A stretch of 64,000 bases of DNA from Phoronis australis (Eukaryota; Animalia; Phoronida): the NCBI GenBank assembly GCA_002633005.1, contig NMRA01000562.1, positions 59,585 through 123,584 of the forward strand. The letters are read 5' to 3'. The position numbers and the translations under genes are program-made. This document shows positions 13,250-27,254 of this stretch, in pieces. Below the pieces are notes generated by a model. The model did not search any database, was not told the origin of the DNA, and saw only the letters and a list, made by a program, of their open reading frames with translations. Every line of letters begins with the position of its first letter. The first letter of the stretch is position 1.

Positions 13250-16200
13250 ATGATAGACATTTCGCTGAGCTCGATCTATTTGCTCGTGCTCACGTGCCTT
13301 CTGGTAGGGATTCTACACTGGTTCTCTGTCGTGTATCGTTCTGGCCTACCACCCGGACCTACTCCGCTGCCTATCGTAGGGAACGTTCATCAGCTGGCGA
13401 TGCAGGGCTCGGACAAGTTTCTGGAGACGTTGAATAAGTGGGGTGAGTTGAAGCGAAACCACCACCTACTGCAATGTTTTAGATTATGTATCGACAAGTC
13501 TGTATATTCAACCAAATATACAAATCTACATACTTACAGGTTACAGGTGTAAGCTCACTACATTTTCTGAAAGTACAACTTAACTTTAGACTTTATGCGA
13601 ACCTGCCATTTTTTGTGCCAAGTCTCTTTTTTCTAAATTTTATCTAAAAACATACATTTATAGCAAAATAGCAGCATCATCAACATGACTACGTTTCGTT
13701 TGTTATAAATGTTGAAGATGGTTTCTCAAAAATATTCTGATAATTTTTCAAAATTATCATTTCATTTTCTTTTCATGCAACATTAGAATATTTCCCGAAA
13801 AATAGAATAGTCCTGTTCATAGTTTTGTGGGGAACAATGCTTAAGCATAGTATTCAAAAGTGTCATATGAGCCCGATAAGCCATTTCGGAGGTATGGCGT
13901 TCCAAAATTAGCTAAGTAAGCACATTTTCTAGGGTCCTACCTAACCTTAAAGTCTAAATGAAACCAAGAATTGAATTTTTAAACCAGCCTCGTTTCACCC
14001 ATTTTGCTTCCAGAGCATAAGCTGAGGAACCCGTCAAATGCAACTTTCTAAATTCCTTACTTACCGACTCGAAATGGTCCCAGATATAATAAAGTTAAAA
14101 CTTGTGCTGGCTTTAAATACGAGTCCTCCAGAAAAGTGTTTAAAAAATTACACATGGCTCATGAACAATAACTTAAACTTATTACCACCATAGTTAATAT
14201 GGCCTAAGAGGAATCATTAGAGAATGCAACCTGTCTGGAGATGAATCATGTTTCACGCACATGGGTGCGTTCACTTGATTTTATTATCTTGTATGGTATT
14301 GTACTTAATTCTGTTGCATCTACTGTTATTTCATTCCACCAGCATTATTCACGGAGATGCAGATGTCGACCACCACTTGAACATAACCGTCTTCTACCTT
14401 TTCAGCTGCGAAATACGGCGAAGTGTACACCCTATATTTCGGTTCAAGTCGAGCGTTTGTACTGAACTCATACGACTGTATGAAGGAGGCACTGTCACTT
14501 CCGGTGTTGTCAGGACGACCACACAGTTTCATATCCGATAAAATCTCACAGAATCTAGGTTGGTGAAGGCCGAGTTAACGGTTATAGTGTGTTTATCAGT
14601 GTATTTTTGACCAAAATAATTGGGCCATCGGTATCCACAAAATTCGAAGATTTATTTTTCGGGTTCTAATCTTGTCCATCAATAAATGTGTTATGTAAGC
14701 ATTCATTTGTACACCGTTCTCACAGAATTCAAAATTCTACAGTATATGTTACGATTTCGTGGACGAAGTCCTATGTAGTAATCAGGTTATTAAGACAATG
14801 GTCTGATTGTCCGAATGAAAGTCGGGACAAAACTGTACATGCTCTATCTCAAATGAAAAATCATACGACTTTTAAGCTCGAATATTCGTGTCGGGACATT
14901 GCTTTACACACTGCGATCAGTAGTATACGATAGTCAATTACAAAACTTCTTCACTACTATGTGACAAGACTTTTCACGATCTTCAGGACTTATCAATATC
15001 GAAGGACTCGCTTGGAAGGAGCAACGACGGTTCGCACTTTCTCATTTAAGAGATTTTGGATTTGGAAAGACGTCTTTTGAAGATCACATTTTGGAAGAGA
15101 CAAGGATCATGCTAGACTATATGGAGACTACAAAAGAACAGCCAACTGATCTTCAGGTTAGGAACATTGGCATTAAAACGCTGTAATTTCATTGACATTG
15201 CAAAGAATGTACTGTGATTAACAAAAAAATATAAGGTATAAACAGGAAGTTAAAGGCTAGTACTATATTATTCTCAGTTAAAGAGTACTGTATAAGGTTA
15301 AAATGTCTCTAGTGACTTGTTTGACTTGCATTCTAGCGCCTGCATCGAATCCCCGCCTGTCACGAAAGTTTCGCCCTTGTTATTTGCTTCATGTACCCTC
15401 TTATCGTTTCATTGATTTGGATTATCGTTGCTAAATCATGTTATGCACCACTGTTTTTTAAACTTAAAACGTTGTAATCTCGGCCAAACGTTGTGGTCTC
15501 AAACGAATGACATGCTTCTGTATTGCAGGTGTGTTTTTGATAGGTTTGTAATAGGAATGCAGAGGTCTGATAGAGCCAAAGGACTTAAATTTGGATCAGA
15601 AAGTTATAAGTATTACCAAACCAACGTGACGACATTTTCACGCAGATGAGATTTCTTTTGAGTCATAAGAGATTGCTTTTAGTTACACCATTTTCGCATA
15701 CACCCCTCATTTCTTACTGTTCTGGTGAATGTATTGCTGTACCACCCACAAACCCAGGTTTCCTTTTTAGTTCGTGATAACCCATTCTATTGCCAACAAC
15801 ATCACTTCAATCCTTTGGGGGAAACGTTACGACTATGGCGACCAACTTTTCCATGGATTTCTCGAGTCTATAAATGAAAATGTTAAAGGTAAGTAATTGA
15901 ACCTTTTTGTTAGAATTTGTTTTTTCTCCCACCGGAATATTTGGGTAACAAATTTTCTAATATATGCATTTCGTGTTAAGCACGACATTCTGGGTACACC
16001 CAACGGCCTTTTCTAAAAGGCCGTCAGAGAGTCTCTTCGTGAATTCTGGTTCGTCATGGTTTCACTAGAAGAGTCGTCTTCATTTTAAATATTACAATAC
16101 ACAAATAAATTCTGGCAAAAAAAAGAAAATTAACGTGCTAAAGAAGGTCATAACTTTGTCATAACTTCCTTGGTGAATTTTTTTTGTGCGATTAAAGTCA

Positions 16201-19200
16201 TATTACCCTGGAGATCAGAGATGTCGCTATGTCGAGTAGGAGATATCGAACGGCAAGATGATCACCTGGTGAACCTGGTGAAGTAAGTTCAACTTCGGGG
16301 TATTAAAGAGATTACTCCGCCGTGCCTGTTGTTTCCCAATACGTTCCTCTAATCCGCAGTTCCGGACCATCAACTATCAAACAAGCTGTAAATATTCCAG
16401 ACTCGAGTCCCTAAACTCCACGCGATCTCCGACAGTGCTCTATACACGGTACTCAAATTCCACACCCCGTGTCCAATCTCCAGTCCCGGTCCTCAGAATC
16501 TGGGTGAGGACTCTGTTTACCGATACTGGAGTTTGGACACCCGGTATGGAGCATTTTCGGCCCGTATGTGGGTTCTGTAATTTCTACCTACCACATACTT
16601 GCTGCTTATGGGACAGGGGCATATAGATCATATAGCTTGAATATAGAATCGCGCGACCAAGGAAGGGTTTTCACTCACTGACCTTATTGAATCACGTAAG
16701 GCATAATTCGTATCTAAAATTATTTCAGCGATTGGTCAAGCGACAACGTTCGACCTGGTTGTGCCGTTTTTGAAGTATTTACCAGGTGATGTTCTTGGCT
16801 TAAAGGCAGCCTTGGTTAGAGTAGAACTTGTCGAGCGTTATCTACGCAGCCTCATTGAGGAACACAAGGAGTCGCTGAATCCGGACAACGTGAGAGATTT
16901 TCTTGACGTGTATCTTCTTCAACTCAACGAATTAAAGACAGATGAGGGCACTCACTTTTCAGGTTTGTTTTTTACTTTAGTCTACAATATTACAAATGAG
17001 TTGTTGAATCTTCAGCGAATATTTAAACAAAAAAGAACCAGCATGAACACAACCCTCAGATGCACCCAAGTCGGTTATGAGGCGTGTTTCGTTACTCAAC
17101 ACACTCGCCAAAGCTTGTTTTACAGAGCTTTATATTGCTGGAAGGATTAAGTGTATTCCTAATAAAAAAGGTAGTTGAAGGTTCCGTTACCTGCTATTTA
17201 GGCTTCATTTTTCATTATATATTTTTAGAAGAGCAGCTTGTCAAATCTCTCGGTGACTTGTTTGTGGCTGGACTTGAAACCACCTCGACTACTCTCCGTT
17301 GGATTCTCTTGTATCTTGTAATTCATCCGGACATCCAAGAGAAAGCACGTGCTGAAATCGATGACGCAATTGGGTACCGGGACCCATCCGTTCGCGACCG
17401 GCCTAACTTACCGTATACCGAAGCAGTCATAATGGAGGCCCATCGAGTCGGCATGATCGCATCAACGGGAGTACCGCACGCAGCTCTGGAAGACACTACA
17501 TTTCGAGGATATTCCGTTCCAAAGGGGACTGCGTTCATTCCCAATATGGCTTCTATATTCATGAATGAAAACGAGTTTCCAGAACCAGACAAGTTCGACC
17601 CCACGCGTTATCTCGACAACGAAGGCAAGGTCAACAAGGCTGCGTGCGAGAAGGTGATACCATTTAGTATAGGTAAGTTACGATAAAAATATAAAGCAGT
17701 TTTCATTCTTGTCTGGCTGTGACTCATCATTTACTGTACTTGCAGTTGACTAATTGGTCAACCGAGAGTCTTCTCATCAACAACTCCCAAACAACATGGA
17801 AATCGACGAAATTTCGTGACTCCCCTGAAAATAACTCAACAAAGAATCGATCTAAGTGGGGATTAAAAGCCTTTGAAACCTTAGGTAGACAGTAAGTAGT
17901 GGACCGGGGTGGATCCAGGATATTGAGTTACGAGGGCCAGGCAGAATATTAGCCAGGACTATTCCCATCAGACATTCGCACCCCCGAACTGCCAAGTAGA
18001 ATCTGAGAAAATTTTAGGGGGGACCATAGCCCCTTGCTCCTCCCTCCCTAAATCTGCCACTGGTGAATGTCCCATTAACATGAGTGTTGTGCTAATATGG
18101 CGGTCGTTGTTATTGGGGATTGAAATAGACATTTGGTTTCGAAAAATATTAGCGGAGAGGCAAATTTAGAAGGTTCTATACGTCAGCATCCATGATCAAT
18201 TTCTAATGTAATTGAAACAAGAACTGCTACACGTTCTGCAACTTTATCGGTCTCAGATGTGCGAACGGTAAAGAAAGGTAGGATGTCACTTTTGATGACA
18301 AATCAAAGAAGGAATTGCAAGTCATTAGGAACAATTTTCCTGACATGTCATGATCGTATGATATTTTATTTTGTCGGAACTTCTCGGGCAGCCACTTTAA
18401 ATATTTGGTTGAATCGTATCTATTTTTTCATTACCTATTGACTAACGTACTTTTATTTCCACCTTTTTTGAGCATGAGTGCACATTGTCTTGACTTCTGT
18501 CATGGCGGGTGTTGGTCAGCTCCATCTGTCTCTTAGAGTCACAGAATGACACGACTAAAATAGGTTTCCAATGAATCTAACTGCATCTTTGCCCCTTGAT
18601 AAGTTACACAATTATTCGCTTTCACCGGGGTCAATTTGTTGCCTTTCATATTCCAAAAGTGTGATATTGACCGAGGTGGAGCTGTACCCCTAAGGAACAA
18701 TTTTACTTGGCCTGTCTATTCTTATAATAACATTCAAACCAAGATTAATAAGTTACATGGCAAATTTGCGTAGAATTTCGAAGATGTTTTCCTTCCAAGG
18801 GGTAGAAAACTGTAGTATAGTGTGTTCTTGAAATTCCTTCTTAAATCTTTATATCAAACGAAATTTTATTATGTTACGGATACCGTTGTCTTGCTAGGTG
18901 TGCACCTTTCATTTTTCAAATTTTACTTAAGGTGTGATCACGTGACGCAATATTTAGCAGATTGGTGAAACGTCAAAACCATATTCTACAGGATTTCTAC
19001 TTTCAGAAAAAATAACTTTATTAAGTTAATACCTCTAGTTTTGTACATATTTGACTAAATACACAAACTTGTCAATGTCCTACGTAACCTTTATAAATGT
19101 TTGGAGTCTACCCCTGAAAGATCTTTTGGAAGTTAACCTCGTCTGTATGTGCTTTTAATGAGAATGTGGCATCACCACGTTCTATCGAACACGGAAAGTG

Positions 19201-20016
19201 CTCTGTCCTCTAGTGACACTTTAAATTGTCTCTTTCCGCCAGTACACCTGAGTGATCCTTGTGGTATTAAACACGCACATGGCAATCTTTGATAAGACGC
19301 TAGTCACTGTGACACTAACCGCTCATTTTCAGACGATCTGTACCCTCTAGTGCCAGTTATATTTTTACCTACTCTTTCTTATCTTTGTTATCATTCGATG
19401 TTTTGAAATTCGGTAGCTATATTTCAATTAACGAAATGCGCTGCTCTAGTTTCTACTTTATCTAGTGCTAATCGGTCCCTCTAGAGGAAGTGTCGGAGAT
19501 AATGAACACCTGGCGTGCGTTCAGTAGACGCTAGGACCTATGCTAGGACCTAACTAAAATCTAGTCAACACCACGTGTTCTCATTTAAAATACACGGCAA
19601 CATCTCTCGTAATCTCGCGAAGTCTTGCTTTATAGCGAGGTCCTAGCGTTACTGAACGGGAGGCAGTTTTGACTTTTAAGCTTGTAATTTACGGCGGGGG
19701 CTTATTGGCGTTGCTTGTTTTGTACTCTTCTTATTCTGGACACTGGTCTTCCAAGGAAAATGTCCAAAGTACAATTGCTTCTCTTTTTTCTCCAGGAAGA
19801 CGCGTTTGTCTTGGCGAGTCACTGGCTAGAATGGAATTGACTTTGTATTTAACAACCATGCTTCAACGATTTGTCTTCACACTGCCAGACAGCAGCCCCG
19901 TGCCTTCCGTCAGAGGTCGACAAGGTTTCACGCGTATGCCTCACCCGTATAAAGTTTGCATAAAACGTAGGCCAGATTACCGGACTTCAACAGATAATAC
20001 TAGTGTAGCTAGATGA
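13250..20016 (+). CDS. Cytochrome P450 clan 2 (CYP2-like), complete, 510 aa; exons 13250-13442, 14406-14558, 14987-15156, 15771-15888, 16729-16962, 17229-17672, 19796-20016
   Basis: All six introns are GT-AG with compatible phases, and exon lengths sum to 1533 nt (510 aa plus stop). Motifs: N-terminal membrane anchor, PPGPTPLPIVGN, WKEQRR, LRDFGFGK, AGLETT, EAHR, FDPTRY and heme FSIG|RRVCLGESLA. Confidence 0.93.
17904..18062. mobile_element. hAT-like MITE (CAGTGGCGGATC family) in last P450 intron
   Basis: Imperfect TIR CCGGGGTGGATCCAGG ... CCTAAATCTGCCACTG, flanked by GTGGA/GTGAA. Related termini occur at 9196-9207 and 46026. Confidence 0.6.
19513..19663. mobile_element. Harbinger-like MITE, absent from the duplicate copy
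   Basis: Inverted ends CGTTCAGTA(G)ACGCTAGGACCT ... AGGTCCTAGCGTTACTGAACG at a CACCTG site. The paralogous site near 48895 reads GAACACCTGTTGTGAC with no insert. A half copy lies at about 44870. Confidence 0.7.
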
Positions 20017-20270
20017 AGCCAGGTTTAGACTACAACTTTGAAAAATTATAAGTTTTTGGAAACTGTCGTTCGTGACGGTTCTCACCTCAACATTTTACTT
20101 CTTATGCCTCTTTCCCACCAACACCGTCACGAACACCTGTCTATCACAATTCTACCACAACTGCGCTTACCTTTCCCATGAACTGGTGACATCGGAGTTA
20201 CCCTAGTTCTCTGACGTAAATGCCATGTTGTGTATTTGAATTATATTCACAAACTAACGGAGTCGAGATT

Positions 20271-20276
20271 AATAAA
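20271..20276 (+). promoter_or_regulatory. Candidate polyadenylation signal of the intact P450
   Basis: AATAAA 255 bp after the stop codon, retained in the duplicate at 49520-49525. Confidence 0.4.
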
Positions 20277-21117
20277 TATTTCCCACCATTTTTGATACAT
20301 AACTCTAGACTGATCAGTGTCAATCTCTATTAGATTGATTATTATCTTTGTTCCTTTACGTGGGACTATTGATAGTTGATAGTGAAAGATGTGGGAACGA
20401 AGAATGTTTCGTTGAGTCTCGTGTAATTGACTTCGAGACCTTTAGGGATTATTCCAGTCGAAGTGGAGTTAACGTTTCCCACGGCGCAGAGTTGCGCAAC
20501 TCCGCACCTATTTTGAGAGGAGTTGCGATGGTTATTTAAGGTCCCTAGTGAGGTGGCAGCGTAATACCAATAATTATAATAATGTCACAAGTGTAAAACA
20601 TATTTTATGATCTCTGTCCGTTTTCTTTCATAAAATACATGCTTTTACTAGTTGACATAGCTCGTTTATTTCATATATATAGAATGGAAGCAAATAAGTA
20701 TGGTTTGAGATATCTTATACGGCGCTACACATTAATGTAGTTTCTACGGTGTGTTAAAACATCGCTATGACCACACTGAAGTCATAAATTGCCAAATGTA
20801 ATAAACTGTTACAATTTTGTCTACTTCATCGCGATTCAGATTCAGATACAAACAACATCCTCATGCATTACTGTTTTATTCAATATACTCTGGTACCTCA
20901 GTTCAACTTGTATCGCCGGAATTTGCAAATGCTCGTAACTTCTGCTATCGGCCGTTTTTTGTTTGTTGTTTTCTGACAGTGACGCAGTATATGGCGCGAA
21001 AAGCGAGTTTCGCACAATACTTTACATGTACGTGCCTGGATTCGAGCGCTTAAAAATCGCGCGTTCTTGTGTTGCTAAACCATTGCTAGGACAACCTGGT
21101 TAGCCCAATGCATCCAG

Positions 21118-21372
21118 GGGCCCGTTCCAAGAAAACTAACTTGGCTAAAACAAATCGTAAATTCTAGTCCGTTTTAAGTTAAAAATTAAATTTGTGTCAA
21201 GTCCGTTTTAATTATTAAAAGTGATCTTAAGTTTGACTTGAGTTTTTGACGTAAGATTTGTCTTTAGTTGATTACCTTACCAGATGTGGAAGTTTCAAAG
21301 TTAGGAGGTCGAGACAAATCTTAGACTAAGTAAAAAATTTAATCAACTTAAGTCAGTTCTTTGAACGGGCCC
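21118..21372. mobile_element. PIF/Harbinger-type MITE, 255 bp, CAG target-site duplication
   Basis: cag-GGGCCCGTTCCAAGAAAACTAACTT ... AAGTCAGTTCTTTGAACGGGCCC-cag. Confidence 0.85.
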
Positions 21373-21975
21373 CAGAAAAACAAAACTCCGCCCGAGGAAG
21401 TTTCTGACACCTATCTCCGTTTTGACTATTCACAGATGTTAATTGCGATCCTACCATTTCCACATATAAAATAAAAGTAGTACTACTAGTAACTCTCACT
21501 AACTTCCTTATTCTTGAAACGAGACAATCTCATGTTATTGTGCATCTTTGCAGCAACCATTGTAAGCCACTCGCGTATACACAACTTCACGGTTTCACCC
21601 ACCGTCTTGAATAAAAAAACAAAACAAAACAATCCAGGTGCGTTCTCAGTGTAAGTCGACAGGAAAGCAAGGCATGTTAAAACGAATGTTTTTCGTAAGC
21701 TTTTATCAGGAATGTCAAAAAGTTGTAATCATATCCAACATATTCAGGAATCTCACAAACACATTTCCTTCCTAAGAACCACCTATATGCTCAATTTTAG
21801 AGCGCATTGGGTGAGATGCCGATGTTGTGGGTAAAAAACTGATACTTTGCGAGATCGGCCCCATTTTCACGACTTTGTGGGGACCGTGATGACCTCAGAA
21901 AAGATAAAAAGCACTGGACATTCCAGTGTACATTTCATATCGAACGGCCGGTTGTAGTACCCAAGTTGTTCTTCA

Positions 21976-23257
21976 AGGCGAAGGCAACCTTTCTTCATGT
22001 CATTTTTAGCAAAAATAAGGTTCGTTGATTTTCCCCAGACATATTTTTCACTTACTTACTGCTTTTCGTAATTTAATTAATTACTCGTCGTCTACTCCGG
22101 AAGCGATGTTTTGGGAGGCAAGAATTTCGCGCCAATTTCTTTTCATATAGTCTGACTGTGAGCGCAGCCGAATCAGTCATTGTTCTACCGCGGTTGTGAT
22201 AAGTTCGGTCGTCGTTTGCTTTTGCTTACGAGTCAGTCAGCATGCCACGCTGTTGCTGCGTACTGGGGTGTACTTATCGTCTCACGTACACTGCAGAGGA
22301 AGAACTGTCCCACTTGCCCGAGTGTCCCGCGGCACACTCCCACTGATGGGTGTATCTGAGCACCCAAACTGCTTACATCCCGCCGTGTGACTCCCTCGCC
22401 ACACACCTGGTACCTTCTAAATAGCTCCAATACAAGTCCACAATAAACTTATCAAACTTAGGCTCGTCCTCTTCACTGGGTGTCGAACTGGGCCTGTATT
22501 CACTCCCACTACTCAACATCGCTGCAGGGCTGCTTACAGGCTCTGGGCTAGAGACAACAGCACAGGGCGAATCACTGCTAGTTCCCGGAATTGCACGCAA
22601 TGGGGGTACGTTCGGAGGCACGGGTGACAGTAGATGAAGAGCCTCCAGTCACTGTATATAGTGGCCACAGCTCACGAGGCTTCTCGCTTCAAAAACGCAC
22701 TTCTCGGGGTTGGCGACGGTATGGTTCCCTTCTTCAGGCGCTGTTTCGCAAGGTCCTTCATCAATTTAGCGTACATATCTCTGTTGTAATCTGACGGCAG
22801 AAAATGCCTGCCACTCGGTAACCCTCCACTGCTTTGTACGTTGCGTGGACGGGTAGCGCTGCGTTCTTCACATGAACGAGATAGCCAAGTACGGCGTAGT
22901 GTGTCATCCTTCGGAATTAAGCGACGCAAGGTACACAACCCGCGTGCGAGACGAGAATGAGTGCATCCCAGCACGCAGCAACAGCGTGCCATGTTGACTG
23001 ACTTGTAAACAAAAGCAAACGACGACCGAACTTATCACAACCGAGGTAGAACGATGACTGACTCGACAGCTCTCACAGTCAGACTATAATGAAAAGAAAT
23101 TGGCGCGAAACTCTTGCCTCCCAAAACGTCACTTCCGGAGTAGAGGACGGGAAATTAAGCAAATTACGAAAAGCTGTAATTAAGTGAAAATGTGTCTGGA
23201 ATAATCTACGAACCTTATTTTTGCTAAAAGTGACATGAAAAAAGGTTGCCTTCGCCT
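21976..23257 (-). mobile_element. Kolobok-like DNA transposon, internally deleted, with ~310-bp TIRs and a THAP-domain transposase remnant
   Basis: ttca-AGGCGAAGGCAACC ... GGTTGCCTTCGCCT-ttaa (TTAA-type target). About 21976-22285 is an imperfect reverse complement of about 22950-23257. Confidence 0.8.
22290..22992 (-). pseudogene. THAP zinc-finger transposase N-terminus (decayed)
   Basis: MARCCCVLGC...IPKDDTLRRTW...RHF...LKKGTIPS is a THAP pattern with the third Cys lost. Across frameshifts it continues KFIVD..ELFRRYQVCG...ECAAGHSGKWDSS, a second Zn-finger-like segment. Confidence 0.7.
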
Positions 23258-26200
23258 TTAAACCCTGAAACACACCTTTCGTTGGAGCATAAGAAACGTA
23301 CCAGTGTCGTATCACAATCACCAGTACATTCAATTTACTCGAGAACACAATGTTAAGACGAGAAATGGATGAAATATCTTAGAAAGCGAGAACTTTCTGC
23401 ATGCAAAATTTCAAATTTCAGAAGAATGTCTCGACGCACCACAGAGATAGCGAAAACTCATGAATAATAGTCACAGCGCCACATTTAGCCCAATTTAGAA
23501 CTAACACCGAAGACTGAGAAACATACCAGTATCGTACTTTAAGTCACCAGTAAGTCTCTGATAAACTCGAGAAGGGTAAGTCGGTTCCAAAAGCTTTTTG
23601 TAGCAATAAGCGATTTTTATTCACATACAGGTGTAGTAAATTTCAGACAAATTTGTTAAAGAACTGTAACACGTTTCCTATAGTCCTTGTCCAGATCTAC
23701 CTGCATAACAAAGTTCAAAAGAATCCGTCAATTGACTGGACGCCACATCGCCAACTTTTGGTCGATGTCGACAAAAAACATACAAACAACAGTCCTCGGG
23801 ATTATAATGAGATGTAGAGCCACTAAGTGTTTGAATTTCATATTGATCACATGGAAAATGCAGAGCAACATACTTGAAAAATTTCATTTCACCAAGTAAA
23901 AACGAACAAACTTCATAACAAGTTAACATACTTGGATAAATGTCATTTCACTAAATAAAGACCTAATGACAAGGGTGACAATGAAGTGTCATTGTGTGAT
24001 CTCAGTATATGAAGAGTTTTGCAGATTTTAATCACCAATGATTGCTTGGTTACGAAGCGGACACGCCAGGACAAGCCTTCAGACTACTCGCTAAAATTGA
24101 ATTCTCCGTCTCTATGCACGTACAAAGAACGAAAAAAAAAAACATTTGAATCTGAGTAGAATTGATTAACTAACTAGTATAATAATGAAACTTCCATAAA
24201 TATCATTAATTATATTCTTGAGAAACATCACTACGAAAATCAGTTGGATTAGCGTTAGCCGGCATAACAGATAAATTATTCATCCATTCCATGCAGACGA
24301 TTACTACAATAACTAAACTGGTTTGTTGTAGTTCATTAAACTATTGCCTATGTCGTGCAATATACTTGACATTGTTATACAACTTGAACACAGTAAAATG
24401 ACTAAAATTTACCATTTCTTCACCCATTTCAATTCAGCGTTTACTAGCGCGTCGCCATTTTAGAAAATTATGGTCAAGGTCGTTGCCTGGTTTCCGATTG
24501 TATTCAATTGCTGACAGAACTTGTCGGACAATCGGTCAGTGCGAATGTAGGTCGCTAAGCGAACGCGAGGAAAGGAAAGGGGATATGATCATGTTTAAAG
24601 TTGGAAAAGTTAAAAATCTGTTTTTCCTGCTCGATCCAGAAACATTGACAGTAGCCGCGTAACGGGTGTATTGCGCATTCATTTTTACTAGCGATTTTTG
24701 CGTCAAGATGTATGACGGTCAATTTGGGTAAGATTACGAATGGCGGCACTATAGAAGAGCATGGGGGGTCGCACAGATTTTCACACGGAAAAGAAACACG
24801 AGGAGCTGAACTGCCGGAGTCAAACAAAGCATTACTGAGCTGACAGCTTACACTAAGGCGGGAACAATTTCACTATCGGGCAGTTCATTTAATTGTTTAT
24901 TTCATACCTTGACGTGAGCTGTCGGCTGCATCCACAGTTCCGACTTGAGCCCGACAGCTCAGCTCGCAGCTATCCGTTTAATGAGAATTGATTATTTCTT
25001 CACTAGACAACAACAAATGCCTCTCGCTTGCTCATGGTAACTATGTGTATTACATTTACGCTAATTACTAAGAATGTATTTTAATTACAGGTGAAAACGT
25101 CCAGTTTCTCACACGTGTTAATTTGTTTTGACTGTGTGTCAACTCGTGCAATACATTCAGATTGTTCCACAGGCTCCATCACAGACTATGTTAGACGAGG
25201 TTGTCTCTAACGATTGCTTGCAATCACCCATCGTCTTCCTTTTCACCTTCAAGATTTGGCCTCACTTGCCCACTTGTTTACTTTCCATAGTACGCCACGC
25301 AACCTTTAAAGGAGAAACGTAGTGACTAAGATACAGTGACCGTAGGAAGGGGCAAATTCGATTTGATCTCAGTAAGAGAACGGCATGTGCTTTTTTCTCT
25401 CGATATATATACATGTATATAGTTAAAAAATCTTGGAATAGAGTCAATACAGAACAACCATCTTTACCGATAAACTAACTTGCTCAATTACTCTACTGAC
25501 ATATTTACTCTCTACCTATAGACTTGCTAACTCTATCTATAGAATTGCTAAAATACCTTTTCTATCAATTGAGGTACGAAGTTTGGATGTACCGTACTTC
25601 AGAAGCTGACCCCTTGGCGTAACGGTGGCACAAGCAGGGACTCAAACATATGTGCTGATAGGCCGTAAAATGTAACTATTTCGTAAAATGTAACAACTGT
25701 CAATTTTACTTCAATGTTATGTTTTACATTGGTAAGCATGTTCTAAAATTTAACAAGTTGTTACATTTTAAGTAATTGCTACATTTTATGTCAATTACGC
25801 ATGCAAGAAATGCACAATTGTTACATTTTACGAAACCAACGTCATAAATGACCAAAATCACGAGCAAGTGTTATCTGACCGTGTCGGTGGTACACGAGTA
25901 TTTTTGGACGAGCTGTGCCTACCGAATATGTGTATACATAAACATTTAGAGAGAAGACTCGGTCAAACAGTGACCCATTTAGACAGTAATTTTATGTAAA
26001 AATTCACATTTTTGCACAATTCAGAAAAGACACTCTTTTAGAGTTGTCGAAAATGACACCATTTGGAGAATATTTTTTGCTGTGAAAAACGCACCCTTTT
26101 GGTGGCAATTTCGTATCTATGGGAATACGCTCCGGGCTGACACGGCATGAATTTGGCTAACCATTATCATTATTATTATTACTATTACTATTACTACTGA

Positions 26201-27254
26201 ATTCACTTAACAAGAACACTGTGCATACATGCTTAGCATAGTGCTAACACGCCATACTCATCAAAGATTTTAAGTTCATCTCATTTACGGTTCACCGGGC
26301 TAATCAATGATGAACAGCACGTGCTGTGTCAAAAGGAATTTAAAGGGGTACCTAGGTTCAACGATATTGTGAATAAACGTCTTGACATGATGGATGCAGA
26401 GTAGGCCTACTATTTGAAAACGAGGCGGTTGCTTTTTAAATCTTGTTTAGACGTGCGCTAACATCAAACAGCTAATATACCAGAAAGCACGGTATTGTTA
26501 GTGATTTTACTATATCCTTCTGTAATTTGCCAAGAAGAACTGAATTTAGACTGTAATCTCGTACTTGCGCTTTACATCAAAGCGTTATAATACCCACCGT
26601 GTTACCATTTTTGTCTCTTGTTGAAACATTCCTTCAAAGAACTGGAGTCAAGCACTACTGTAGCTTGTTACAGGCTCGCTCATATTCAAGCTAGTTAACA
26701 GTCAACACTGTCGTAATTATTAACCAGTTTTGCATGCACGAAGGGAGACTGCCAAACTAATAAAAAACAGGTGCATAAGCAAAGTTTTTTGTAGCGTTAC
26801 GCAACGAAAATCGGACGACAAACAATGGGAACGTTCATAATTCCTATCGTGTGACGTCATTTTCGCTCCGTAACGCCATGAAGAACCTCGCGTGTGATTT
26901 AGGAGACCAACTATGCGATGCAAAATGAATTGCACAATATTCGACGAAGCTGTACTGAGAAACGGAAATTATACCATGTACATGTTACACTTCTTAATAA
27001 CTAAATTTACTTTTTTGACCTATACTTCACATCAAAAGGCCCGAGCTTCCCATCGGTAATCCAATCTTCGACTGGAAGCTTTTTCAAAAATACATTGTTT
27101 TGCACAACGTCTGTTAGGTTGATGACAATTTTTCCGTCATGAGTTTGAATTACATTACTTGATTATACTATCAAAATGCTTGAACACTAGATTACAAATA
27201 CATTCAATCAGCATCTGTGTTACAAACTAGGACGTTAACGTTACTGTGAAATTA

